Both the position numbers and the translations under genes were made by a program. From sequence record SRR20825019_1239: 40,329 bases of DNA; one strand, given 5' to 3'. The notes under the pieces were generated by a model. That model did not search any database. It had not been told where the DNA came from and worked only from the letters and a program-made list of their open reading frames with translations. This document shows, piece by piece, positions 27,994 through 37,447 of the stretch. Within the stretch, counting starts at the first letter, position 1. Each line of letters starts with the position of its first letter.

Positions 27994-28440
27994 ATGCCAA
28001 ACGTTCCCGGACTCCGCAGTATCTATCTCAAAACCGATCGACTCGTCTATTTCGGCCGAATGCTCGATAAAATCCGTCTGCACGCCGAGGGGAAACTCCC
28101 TGAGGATTACCACGGCGGACTGGGCAAAGGCTTCGACGAACGCTGCTGTGATTTTCTGAAAGTGGATTACGACGCACTGAAAACGCGCACTCTGGCCGGT
28201 GGCTCCGACGAGGAGATCCTCGCCTGGTGTTTTGAGCAGGGTGGTGCCCGCACGGATGACGAATGCGAGATCTGGAGCGGGTTCATGATGAAACGCGGGT
28301 GGCGCGATGTGCTCACGCCTCGTGTCCGTAGCCGGGCTGAAGAACCGGGTCTCGAGGGTAAGGTCATCGAAACCATGTTTGACTACATCGAATACGACGA
28401 GGGCCGCGATCCGGTGGCGAATCGATCATGGGAACAGTAA
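27994..28440 (+). CDS. DUF5069-like protein
   Basis: LVYFGRMLDKIRL...GFDERCCDFL pattern; stop overlaps the next ATG (TAATG). Confidence 0.7.
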   Translation: MPNVPGLRSIYLKTDRLVYFGRMLDKIRLHAEGKLPEDYHGGLGKGFDERCCDFLKVDYDALKTRTLAGGSDEEILAWCFEQGGARTDDECEIWSGFMMKRGWRDVLTPRVRSRAEEPGLEGKVIETMFDYIEYDEGRDPVANRSWEQ

Positions 28441-28934
28441 TGCCCCTGCGCGTGATCATCGTCATGGGGGTGGCCGGTTCTGGGAAAACCACGATTGGCG
28501 AACTGCTGGCGGACAAACTCGGCTGGCAGTTCAACGATGCTGACGATTTTCACCCCGCAGCCAACGTGGCCAAGATGAGTGCGGGGCAACCGCTGACGGA
28601 TGAGGACCGTGCGCCGTGGCTCGCGGCAATTCGCACACATATTGAATCGTGTCTTGCTGACGATCAAGGCGCGGTCGTGACCTGCTCGGCGTTGAAAAAG
28701 GTTTACCGCGATGTCCTCGAAGTGGACGCCACGCGGGTGAAGTTCGTGCATTTACACGGCTCCCGCGAGTTGCTCTGGGAGCGCATCAGCGGGCGCGCGG
28801 GACACTTTATGAAACCGGCGATGCTCGATAGTCAGCTCGCCACGTTGGAAGTGCCAGCCAATGCCCTGACGGTTGATATCGCGCCGGAGCCGGCCGCGAT
28901 TGTAGCGACGATTTGCGACTCTTTAGATCTATGA
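28440..28934 (+). CDS. gntK: Gluconokinase (GntK/IdnK family)
   Basis: P-loop GVAGSGKT, DADDFHP, PLTDEDRAPWL, CSALK, HFM...SQLATLE. Confidence 0.9.
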   Translation: MPLRVIIVMGVAGSGKTTIGELLADKLGWQFNDADDFHPAANVAKMSAGQPLTDEDRAPWLAAIRTHIESCLADDQGAVVTCSALKKVYRDVLEVDATRVKFVHLHGSRELLWERISGRAGHFMKPAMLDSQLATLEVPANALTVDIAPEPAAIVATICDSLDL

Positions 28935-31324
28935 AAATCTTTTCTCCCAAGTTTCAACGTAACCTCGCCATTCTGATAGTGCTCGTGCATCTGGTCGCGG
29001 GACTCGCGGCTGGTTGGGTTTATCTGAAAATGCGCGGCAGTCTGGCGCAGCTAGATGGGGAGATCGCCGTGTCGGGTTTGAGCGCTTCCGTGCAAGTGGA
29101 GCGTGATGCGCTGGGCGTGCCGACGATCAAGGGCCGGAACCGAATCGATGTCGCGCGGGCGCTCGGTTGGATGCATGGGCAGGAGCGGTTTTTTCAAATG
29201 GATCTGTTGCGTCGGCGCGCGGCGGGTGAGTTATCCGAATTGTTCGGGCCGAAGGCACTGGATGCCGATAAGCGTGCGCGGTTTCACGGGTTTCGTCGAA
29301 ACGCCCGGGAAAACCTCACACGGTTTTCCGTCGGCGATCGCGAGTTGCTCGAAGCTTATGTGGCGGGCGTGAATGCGGGCCGTGAGGCTTTGGGCGGGAT
29401 CCCTTTTGAATATGCGTTGTTGCGTTCCGAACCGCGCGAATGGTTGGCGGAGGATTCGATCCTCGTCGTGTATGCGATGACGATGGAGTTGCATGAAGTC
29501 GGCACGTATGAACGTTCGCTCAGCGTGATGCGGCGGGTTTACGGTCCGAAGACGGCGGAATTTTTCGCGCCACTGCTCACCGATTCGGATGCGGCGATAG
29601 ATGGCTCGCTCCCAGCGAGCGTCGAACCAATTCCCTCCACCGGGGTGATCGATTTGCGAGCGGTTGAGAAGGTCATCGAAACCAAGGGTGCCGGGGATGA
29701 AGATCCCCTGCGTCCGGGGAGTAATAGTTTTGCTCTTTCGGGCGAGCACACGGCGAGTGGCGTGCCGCTGTTGGCGAATGACATGCACTTGTTTTTGCGT
29801 GCTCCAAATACGTGGTATCGTGCCTCGCTGATGTGGGGCGATGATGGGGATACGATGCATCGAGTGACGGGCGTGACGCTGCCCGGCCTGCCGATAATCG
29901 TGGTGGGGAGCAACGGCGATATCACGTGGGGTTTCACGAATGCGTATGCCGATACGGGAGATGTGGTCGTGATCGAACCGAATGTGATCAGTCGTTCATT
30001 TTATAAGAATGGGGAGGATTTGGTGCGATTTGAGCCGCGTCATGAAATCATCCAAGTGCGGGGTGAAGAGCCGGTGGATTTTGTGGTGAACTGGACCCTC
30101 TGGGGGCCGGTGATTGGCGAGGGAGATAAAACGAGGCCGCTCGCTTATCGTTGGACCGCGCATCTGCCCGATGCGGTGAGTCTTTCGCTGATGGGGCTGG
30201 AAACGGCGACGACCGTAGCCGAGGCCCTGCCGATCGCGCAGAATGCCGGGATGCCGGCGCAGAATATTCTCGTGGTGGACCGTCAGGGCGACATCGCGTG
30301 GAGCCTTGCGGGGCAGATTCCGCGTCGGGTGGGTTACGATGGGCGTTTCCCCGTTTCTCGCACTTACGGGGATCGCTATTGGGATGGGATGTTACCGCCA
30401 CAGGATAAACCGGTGATTCTCAATCCGGCCAACGGCCGACTGTGGACGGCGAATAACCGCATCGTGGGAGGCGTTTCGCTCGATTTACTTGGTGATGGAG
30501 GCTACGACAACCCGGCTCGCGCCGCGCAAATTCGGGATCAACTTGCCACATTGGAAAACGCGACCCCGGCTGATATGCTCGCGATCCAGCTCGATGATCG
30601 CGCGCCGTCGCTGAATCGTTGGCACGAGCTGTTGTTGGCCACCTTGACACCGGCGGTGACCGATGAGAATCGATCGCTGGCGAAGATGCGCGAACGGCTT
30701 GCCGATTGGGATAGTCGCGCGCGGATCGACTCGGCAAGTTATCCGCTGGTGCGGTATTTTCGGGATCAAGTGGCGCAGCGGGTTTTTGATCCGTTGCTCG
30801 CGCCCTGTGTGCAGCAATTCGAGGACTTCTCGTGGCGCGACTTTCATTATGAACAACCGCTCTGGACGCTTCTGACGGAGCGTCCGATGCATCTGTTGAG
30901 CCCGGAATATGATTCGTGGAACGACTTGCTGATCGCTGCGGCCACCGGCTTGGTTGAGCAATTGGATGATGCGGGGACGAGTGTCTCGCGTGTGACGTGG
31001 GGTAAAATGAATCGGGCAAATATTCGTCATCCGCTGGCGCGTTTGTTTCCCGATTGGCTCACGGGTTGGTTGTCGATGCCGGGCGATGCGTTGCCGGGTG
31101 ATAGTTTCACTCCGCGGGTGCAGACTCCCCATTTCGGTGCGAGTAATCGCATGGTGGTTTCACCGGGTCGCGAAGAAGAAGGGCTGTTTCACATGCCCAC
31201 GGGACAAAGTGGCAATCCGCTTTCACCGTATTTCCGTGCCGGACACGAAGCCTGGGTGCGCGGCGAGCCTACGCCGTTTCTACCCGGTGCGACCGAGCAT
31301 ATCTTGGTGCTTAAATCGGAGTGA
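28931..31324 (+). CDS. Penicillin acylase family Ntn hydrolase (peptidase S45), N-terminally anchored
   Basis: RDALGVPTI, beta-chain start GSNSFA, LANDMHL, TANNR, PTGQSGNPLSPYF; ATGA overlap with gntK. Confidence 0.92.
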   Translation: MKIFSPKFQRNLAILIVLVHLVAGLAAGWVYLKMRGSLAQLDGEIAVSGLSASVQVERDALGVPTIKGRNRIDVARALGWMHGQERFFQMDLLRRRAAGELSELFGPKALDADKRARFHGFRRNARENLTRFSVGDRELLEAYVAGVNAGREALGGIPFEYALLRSEPREWLAEDSILVVYAMTMELHEVGTYERSLSVMRRVYGPKTAEFFAPLLTDSDAAIDGSLPASVEPIPSTGVIDLRAVEKVIETKGAGDEDPLRPGSNSFALSGEHTASGVPLLANDMHLFLRAPNTWYRASLMWGDDGDTMHRVTGVTLPGLPIIVVGSNGDITWGFTNAYADTGDVVVIEPNVISRSFYKNGEDLVRFEPRHEIIQVRGEEPVDFVVNWTLWGPVIGEGDKTRPLAYRWTAHLPDAVSLSLMGLETATTVAEALPIAQNAGMPAQNILVVDRQGDIAWSLAGQIPRRVGYDGRFPVSRTYGDRYWDGMLPPQDKPVILNPANGRLWTANNRIVGGVSLDLLGDGGYDNPARAAQIRDQLATLENATPADMLAIQLDDRAPSLNRWHELLLATLTPAVTDENRSLAKMRERLADWDSRARIDSASYPLVRYFRDQVAQRVFDPLLAPCVQQFEDFSWRDFHYEQPLWTLLTERPMHLLSPEYDSWNDLLIAAATGLVEQLDDAGTSVSRVTWGKMNRANIRHPLARLFPDWLTGWLSMPGDALPGDSFTPRVQTPHFGASNRMVVSPGREEEGLFHMPTGQSGNPLSPYFRAGHEAWVRGEPTPFLPGATEHILVLKSE

Positions 31325-31449
31325 TTTAAACTCATTGGCAGTGCAGTTAAGGGGCGCCGCTAAGTCCTTTGCGCGAGCCAGTTCGCCGCCTACGTGCTGC
31401 AGTGCATTCCGGGCTTTCGCTGGCCTCCGGAATCGCGCACACTGAGGCC

Positions 31450-32067
31450 ATGCCCCTGCACGTTCTCAATCATCCCCTCGCCTCCCATGTGATGACGCAC
31501 CTGCGTGACGCGAGCACCAAGCCCGCGACGTTTCGCACGCTTTCGTATCAAGTCGGCCTCCTCCTCGCGATCGAATCCACCCGCGATATCGGCACGGCTG
31601 ATAAGACGGTGCAAACACCGCTGGAATCGCATACCGGTCAAGTGCTCGCGAGACCTTTGGTGATCGTGCCGATCCTCCGCGCGGGGCTCGGGATGACGCA
31701 GCCGTTTCTCGATTTGTTTCCCGATGTGAGTGTCGGTTATGTGGGTTTGGAACGCGATCACGAGACCGCCGTCGCGCGTAGTTACTACTGCAAACTTCCT
31801 CCGATGGCAGGTGCGCGGGTGCTGGTGGTGGATCCGATGCTCGCGACCGGAGGCTCCGCTGAGCAGGCGATCTCGGTGGTCAAAGAAAACGGTGCAGAAG
31901 ACGTGTCCTTTGTGTGTATCGTGGCGTCCCCCGAGGGCGTCGAAACGTTGCAGGGTGTCCATCCCGAGGTGCCGATTCACACGGCGGCGTTTGATCGCGA
32001 ACTTAACGACGCGAAATACATCCTGCCCGGTCTCGGCGATTTCGGCGACCGTCTTTATGCGACCTGA
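31450..32067 (+). CDS. upp: Uracil phosphoribosyltransferase
   Basis: VPILRAGLGM, PRPP loop DPMLATGGS, YILPGLGDFGDR. Confidence 0.95.
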   Translation: MPLHVLNHPLASHVMTHLRDASTKPATFRTLSYQVGLLLAIESTRDIGTADKTVQTPLESHTGQVLARPLVIVPILRAGLGMTQPFLDLFPDVSVGYVGLERDHETAVARSYYCKLPPMAGARVLVVDPMLATGGSAEQAISVVKENGAEDVSFVCIVASPEGVETLQGVHPEVPIHTAAFDRELNDAKYILPGLGDFGDRLYAT

Positions 32068-32537
32068 ATCGCGTTGTAGTGTTCGATCAACTCCTGAAGC
32101 GGCGGTAGATAATAATCGGCCGTAGTTTGTTCGCGGAGGCGCTGAATCGTGGGAGCGAGCGCGTCGCGTTGATCCGGCCAGCGAATCACGGTGGTGAGCA
32201 ACGCGCTCAGGGCCAGCTGGCGGGAACTTTGGGCGAGGGCGATTTTATCGCCATGCTCATAGACCTGCGCGGCCTGATCGAGGATCGCGGCGTAAGCGTT
32301 GATTCGCTCGGCGGCACCGGCAGAGGTTTCCCCGCGAGTGAGATGATCGATCTGCTCATCCAGTGAGAGCTGTAGAATGGTCTCGAGGGGTTCTTGGAAT
32401 AATTGACGCTGGGCGTGCATGACTGCCTGAAGAGCCTCGGTTTGGCGCCCCGGTTCACCACTCGAAACGGCGGCCCGGACAAACTGTCCGAGATCGGAGA
32501 TCATGCGCATGAGGTAATCCTGCCGCTGGAGTGCCAT
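32055..32537 (-). CDS. Hypothetical all-helical protein (DUF6483-like N-terminus)
   Basis: QRQDYLMRMI start; fills the gap; overlaps the 3' end of upp by 13 nt. Confidence 0.6.
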   Translation of the reverse strand: MALQRQDYLMRMISDLGQFVRAAVSSGEPGRQTEALQAVMHAQRQLFQEPLETILQLSLDEQIDHLTRGETSAGAAERINAYAAILDQAAQVYEHGDKIALAQSSRQLALSALLTTVIRWPDQRDALAPTIQRLREQTTADYYLPPLQELIEHYNAIQVA

Positions 32538-32570
32538 AAGAAGTGAATGCAGAGTGACTGCGGATCTCCA

Positions 32571-32610
32571 AAAAGCAAATCGGCCCGCGGTTTAAAACCG
32601 ACGGGCCGAT
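32571..32610 (-). terminator. Probable intrinsic terminator after the DUF481 gene
   Basis: Minus strand ATCGGCCCGTCGG-TTTTAAA-CCGCGGGCCGAT followed by TTGCTTTT. Confidence 0.65.
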
Positions 32611-32635
32611 GAAAGTTAAGCGTGAGAGATTCTCA

Positions 32636-33694
32636 TTACTCCCAGCTAAGAACCAGACGGGTGAAGTAGGTGGTGTCCATGGCTTCTACCCCAACTCCAG
32701 GCTGACTGTTGTAGTCGTTGCTGAGTCCCATGCGGAGCTTCCACTTGGGATTGGCCAGAGGAAGCTCGTAGTAGGATTCGTGGGTGACCGTGTAGTTTCC
32801 GAAATCCTCGAAGGCGGGAACGAAGGAAAGCCGGTTAACCATTTTGGAGTCGCTAAACTCCCACTCGTGATTGAGCCCGAAGTCCAAACCGGCACTCTTC
32901 ACATCGGTGGTGGCGGGGTTCTTATAACCTTCGTAGCGGAACGAGATACCACCACGACCGGTGAGGAGATGTTTGTCTTCCTTGATGAAGTCGTAGCCCA
33001 TACCAGCGGCAGCGATATTGTAGATTTCGATGTCCTTGATGCGATCAAAGCCGCCTTCGTCGCGGACATACCAGGATTTGTGCCCGGAGAAATTATTGGA
33101 GTAATCGATGCCCGCTTTGAATTGATCGGCCGATTTAACCCCGTCCGTTTCCTGTCGATTGTAGGCGGTATAGAACTGCAACTTGTCTTTGTCCGTTTCG
33201 AGGGTAGCACGTGCTGACAGGGCGGTTCCCAACTGGCTCTTGTTGCCGGATTTGCCGTTGATGTCGACGGCAGCTTCGTAGGACCAGTTACGTTCTTTGG
33301 AGGCAAGAGCCTTTTGCATGGCGACAATTTGAGGGTCTTCGTCACCGGGTGACCAAGTTGCGGCGACTTTGGTCATGCTGGTGCTAAGCTGACCGTCCTC
33401 TCCGTCGATTACGAGGGTTTCCCCTTCGCTGCTCACGGTGCCGGCGAGGGTGGTGCCACTGGCCAGACGCACGACGACTGGTGCATCGGTCTGGATACCG
33501 CTGACGGCACTCTGCGTGATCACGAGATCACCGGCGTAGTCGGTGGTCAGGTAGATTTTCCCATCTTCGATTTTGGTCACTTGACCGACGATATGCGCGC
33601 CGTTCTTCGTTTTGACCACGTCGGCTACAGCGACACTCCCGCCTAAAATCGCAGCGAGCGAGAGGCTGAGCACTTGTTTGATTCGTTTATTCAT
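32636..33694 (-). CDS. DUF481/YdiY-like outer membrane beta-barrel protein with N-terminal beta-repeat domains
   Basis: Signal peptide from MNKRIK; DVVKTKNGAHIVG repeat-like start; GKSGN; amphipathic strands ending LSWE. Confidence 0.78.
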   Translation of the reverse strand: MNKRIKQVLSLSLAAILGGSVAVADVVKTKNGAHIVGQVTKIEDGKIYLTTDYAGDLVITQSAVSGIQTDAPVVVRLASGTTLAGTVSSEGETLVIDGEDGQLSTSMTKVAATWSPGDEDPQIVAMQKALASKERNWSYEAAVDINGKSGNKSQLGTALSARATLETDKDKLQFYTAYNRQETDGVKSADQFKAGIDYSNNFSGHKSWYVRDEGGFDRIKDIEIYNIAAAGMGYDFIKEDKHLLTGRGGISFRYEGYKNPATTDVKSAGLDFGLNHEWEFSDSKMVNRLSFVPAFEDFGNYTVTHESYYELPLANPKWKLRMGLSNDYNSQPGVGVEAMDTTYFTRLVLSWE

Positions 33695-33839
33695 AACCAT
33701 TTTGTATTTGAAAGAAGACGCATAACAGTAGCGCCTGTGATTGCCTAGGGTTTTTAGGTTCGTAATATTACTTAGGTGTTCCGGAAGATTATTGTTTTTC
33801 CTATTTAACTGTTTCCGCTCCATCGCATCTTCCAGATCC

Positions 33840-34742
33840 ATGACACCACACCGCCCCTCCATTCTCCTAGCTGATCAGTGGAAGGATTATCAGTTGTTGG
33901 AAACCGGCGACGGAATGAAACATGAGCGTTGGGGACAGCACACGCTGGTGCGTCCTGATCCACAGATCATCTGGCCGCGCCACGGTCAAAAACCCGGCAC
34001 GCCATGGAAAGACTGGGATGGCCTCTATCACCGCAGCGAAAGCGGGGGCGGCAAATGGGAGTTTCGGCAAACAGTCCCTGAGACTTGGACGGTGAATTAC
34101 CCTCGTCTGGATCTGAAATTCAAGATTAGACCGACCAGTTTTAAGCACACCGGACTTTTTCCTGAACAGGCCGTCAATTGGGAGTGGTTTAGCGCGAAAA
34201 TCAAAACCGCGGTGGCTGCGGGACGTGAAGTCAACGTGCTTAATCTCTTCGGCTATACCGGTGCAGCGACCTGCGCGGCGGCGGCGGCCGGAGCTCGCGT
34301 CTGCCATGTGGATGCTGCCGATGGGATGGTGAAGTGGTGTCGCGAAAATGCAGCGCTTTCCGGTCTCAAGGACGCGCCAATTCGGTTCATCGTTGATGAT
34401 TGCCTCAAGTTTGTGCGACGTGAAATCCGACGCGAACGTAGCTACGATGCGATCATCATGGACCCGCCGACTTACGGACGTGGCAGCACTGGCGAGATGT
34501 GGAAACTTGAAGACCACCTCTGGACCCTGCTGACCGAATGCCGCGAGATCCTCAGTGATGATCCGTTGTTTTTTCTCATCAATGCCTACACCGCCCGGCT
34601 CTCTCCCACCGTGGTTGCCAACCTGCTCAGCGAATTGATTCCCGGCAAGCAGGGCGAGATTACCGCCGGTGAAGTCGGACTACCCGGGCAACGCGATGGC
34701 AAGACTCTTCCTTGCGGGATCTATGGCCGCTGGGAAACGTAG
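33840..34742 (+). CDS. Class I SAM-dependent methyltransferase (RlmI/RlmK-like catalytic domain)
   Basis: HTGLFPEQ, VLNLFGYTG, IIMDPPTYG. Confidence 0.85.
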   Translation: MTPHRPSILLADQWKDYQLLETGDGMKHERWGQHTLVRPDPQIIWPRHGQKPGTPWKDWDGLYHRSESGGGKWEFRQTVPETWTVNYPRLDLKFKIRPTSFKHTGLFPEQAVNWEWFSAKIKTAVAAGREVNVLNLFGYTGAATCAAAAAGARVCHVDAADGMVKWCRENAALSGLKDAPIRFIVDDCLKFVRREIRRERSYDAIIMDPPTYGRGSTGEMWKLEDHLWTLLTECREILSDDPLFFLINAYTARLSPTVVANLLSELIPGKQGEITAGEVGLPGQRDGKTLPCGIYGRWET

Positions 34743-34799
34743 GTTCGGAGATCGAAGACGGTTAGATCCCGTAGCCGCATTTGAGCCCACCGAAAATGT

Positions 34800-34868
34800 G
34801 GCCGCAAAGACTCAGAGACGCAGAGTATGTAAATGTGAAGCCTCCGTGTCCTCAGCGTCTCTGTGGCC
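34800..34868. repeat. Inverted repeat element with periodic CAGAG/CTCTG arms
   Basis: GGCCGCAAAGACTCAGAGACGCAGAG...CTCCGTGTCCTCAGCGTCTCTGTGGCC, between convergent genes. Confidence 0.7.
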
Positions 34869-34978
34869 AATTCCATTCGCTGCAATGGCCGATGTGTCGC
34901 CCTGATCTCCGCGCGCAATTCAGCCGTTTATGAGCGCACCTCAGCGGTTTCAGGCCTATCTCCAACTCCTTCTCCGAA

Positions 34979-35437
34979 TCACCGGTATTCCGCCAGCTCC
35001 AGGACCACGCCATCGGGATCGGAAAAATAGACGAGAGTCTTGTGGCCCTGGTCGTGTTTGACGACACCTTGAGGCACTTTTACCGGATCGCTGAAAACTT
35101 CGACTCCGGCTTCGCGGAGTTTGGCCGTCATCGCAGTGATATCATCCACGCGCATGGCGAAGTGACGTAGCCCGATCGTATTGGCCAAACGATTGGCTGC
35201 CGGGTCCTCGCCGGCCGGTGATTCGTATTGAAGCAATTCGAGCCGCGGTTCACCAGCCGGAGCGACCACATAGGCCACGCGTCCCTTCACCCCTTTCAAT
35301 CCGACGACACGGTCAATCCACTCCCCCTCGAGTTGGGCTTCCTTGACGAGACGAAAGCCCAACAATTCGGTGTAGAATTTTACCGATCGCTCCAGGTCGG
35401 TGACGACAATGTTGAGATGATCAATCGCAGTAATCAT
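34979..35437 (-). CDS. VOC (glyoxalase/bleomycin resistance) family protein
   Basis: IDHLNIVVTDLERSVKFY, LELLQY, LRHFAMRV, YFSDPDGVVLEL. Confidence 0.9.
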   Translation of the reverse strand: MITAIDHLNIVVTDLERSVKFYTELLGFRLVKEAQLEGEWIDRVVGLKGVKGRVAYVVAPAGEPRLELLQYESPAGEDPAANRLANTIGLRHFAMRVDDITAMTAKLREAGVEVFSDPVKVPQGVVKHDQGHKTLVYFSDPDGVVLELAEYR

Positions 35438-35444
35438 TCTCCGA

Positions 35445-37421
35445 TTACTGATCAGCCGGCATGTGCTTGGCGAGAAAGGCTTCGACTCGTTGATACATTT
35501 CTACGCGATTATCGAAATCGTGTAGGCCGTGCTGCTCATTGTATTTTGCCATGAATTCATATGCCTTACCGGCTCGATCCAAAGCTTTCACCAGCGACTT
35601 AGCCTGGGAATAGGGCACGTTGAAATCGTCCCGGCCGTGAATCAGAAGCACTGGTGCTCTATACGAATCAACCAAGTATACTGGGGAAATGCTCTTCAGC
35701 ATCGCGGCGTCCTTTTTAGGGTTACCGACCAAACCTACATTGTAACCGTAAGTTTCGGGAAACATATCCGCTTTCTCCTTAATCAAATCGATCCAATCGG
35801 TTACGCCGGCAATACTGATTCCACACTTATAAAGATCGGGTTCTTGAGCTAGCCCCATCAAAACGGAATATCCGCCAAAGCTCCCCCCCATAATGCTAAC
35901 TCGATTCTTGTCGGCATATCCACGAGCGATGGCCCAGCGCGCGCCATCAGTGATATCGTGCTGGGTATTCTCTCCAACCTGGCGTCTCCCTTTCCGTAGG
36001 AACTGTTCACCATAACCGGTTGACCCCCGATAATTGACCTGCAAAACCGCATAACCCCGATTAGCCAGAAACTGAACATCGGGATTATAGCCCCACACGT
36101 CGCGGGCTTTTGGACCGCCGTGCGGATAGACGATCATCGGCAGATTCTTCCGACCTCGATCTTTCGGCAAAGTGAGATAGCCGTGAATTAACAAGCCATC
36201 GCGGGCCTTGAATTTCACCGCTGATGTTTCGGCCATTTGCTGGGGATCAATCCATGGCATTCTTTGCATGAGTTTCGTCAGACTCCCTTTTTTATTATCA
36301 TAAAGATAAAATGTCCCCGGATCGCCTGAGGACCATGACTGCACAATCAACCTCTGGCGATCATCACTCATGCTAGTAATCGTGTTGATCTTAGTCGGAA
36401 GGGCTGCGTCCACGGATATCTGGATCTGTGCCAAGCTTTCATCAAACCAGATACTCCGGGGAAATGTGGTCACAAAACGGGCTCCCAAGAGCTCTTTGCC
36501 CGATGAAAAAACCAAAGTCTGCAGAGCTATTCCGTTCGCGTGAGCCCGTCCATCTCTCGGCAGAATATCATAGTGCTCATGCTCTAATACGGCTGCGCCG
36601 AATTGTTTGGTCACTAAATCATACGGATAAACCGACCACATCCCGCGGGAGGATTTACGAATGACATAAAGTGTGTCCCGAGCCCCAATCGCAATCGGTC
36701 TTATCGTGGTATCGTTCCAGTCCATCCCCGGAAGTGGTAGCCAAGGTGAGTCGATCGATTCACGATGGATCGTTCGCGCAATCCCTTTCTTTGTTTCGAG
36801 GCCTACTCGGATGACCCCCTGCGGATCGGAAAGCCATCCCGCCACATTGCCAGGATTGTGCACAACACGTGTGAGCGAACCCGTGCGCGAATTTAGCTTC
36901 ATGATGTGCGGATTGGATTGGCCATAAAAATAGACTCCATCACGAGCCACAGGCACATCAAACTCCGTCATTAACACTTCACCATCTTCATCATCTCGAA
37001 AAAAATGAACCACTCCAGAGGACGAGACTCTCTCGAACTCATCACGATCGATCGCTCCCATTCGTCCGGTTAAACCCTGCACTTTGCTTCCATCTTTTTC
37101 GATGGCCGCAAAACCACCTTCCTGCAGCCCAAAAGTCAGTCTGTGATTATTGACCCACCCGAGTCGAACTGACTGCTCGATCCAAACCGCATGTGAAGTG
37201 GGCATTGCCACCTCAACGCGTTTATCTGTTTCCAGATCGTGCATCACGATACTGTGCTTTCCTTCAGAACTATGGATGTATGCCAAGGTTTGTCCATCAG
37301 GTGCCAGGGTCAGTCCCATATACTTGTCAAACTGGGCAAACTTCTCAACAGGCAGCCTGTCGGCACCATAGCAGCCCAAGCAGAGAAACACAGATAGGGT
37401 TATGTATTTGGCGATGTTCAT
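35445..37421 (-). CDS. Exported S9-family (prolyl oligopeptidase/acylaminoacyl) peptidase, catalytically intact
   Basis: Signal peptide, propeller-like region, HGGP, NYRGSTGYG, GGSFGG nucleophile, HGRDDFNV, EQHG. Confidence 0.92.
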   Translation of the reverse strand: MNIAKYITLSVFLCLGCYGADRLPVEKFAQFDKYMGLTLAPDGQTLAYIHSSEGKHSIVMHDLETDKRVEVAMPTSHAVWIEQSVRLGWVNNHRLTFGLQEGGFAAIEKDGSKVQGLTGRMGAIDRDEFERVSSSGVVHFFRDDEDGEVLMTEFDVPVARDGVYFYGQSNPHIMKLNSRTGSLTRVVHNPGNVAGWLSDPQGVIRVGLETKKGIARTIHRESIDSPWLPLPGMDWNDTTIRPIAIGARDTLYVIRKSSRGMWSVYPYDLVTKQFGAAVLEHEHYDILPRDGRAHANGIALQTLVFSSGKELLGARFVTTFPRSIWFDESLAQIQISVDAALPTKINTITSMSDDRQRLIVQSWSSGDPGTFYLYDNKKGSLTKLMQRMPWIDPQQMAETSAVKFKARDGLLIHGYLTLPKDRGRKNLPMIVYPHGGPKARDVWGYNPDVQFLANRGYAVLQVNYRGSTGYGEQFLRKGRRQVGENTQHDITDGARWAIARGYADKNRVSIMGGSFGGYSVLMGLAQEPDLYKCGISIAGVTDWIDLIKEKADMFPETYGYNVGLVGNPKKDAAMLKSISPVYLVDSYRAPVLLIHGRDDFNVPYSQAKSLVKALDRAGKAYEFMAKYNEQHGLHDFDNRVEMYQRVEAFLAKHMPADQ

Positions 37422-37447
37422 ATGCTTTTACAGAACGAATTGATCGC

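Noticed and set aside
32055..32067. 13-nt convergent overlap between upp and a hypothetical gene
   Set aside because: Short 3' overlaps are common in compact genomes
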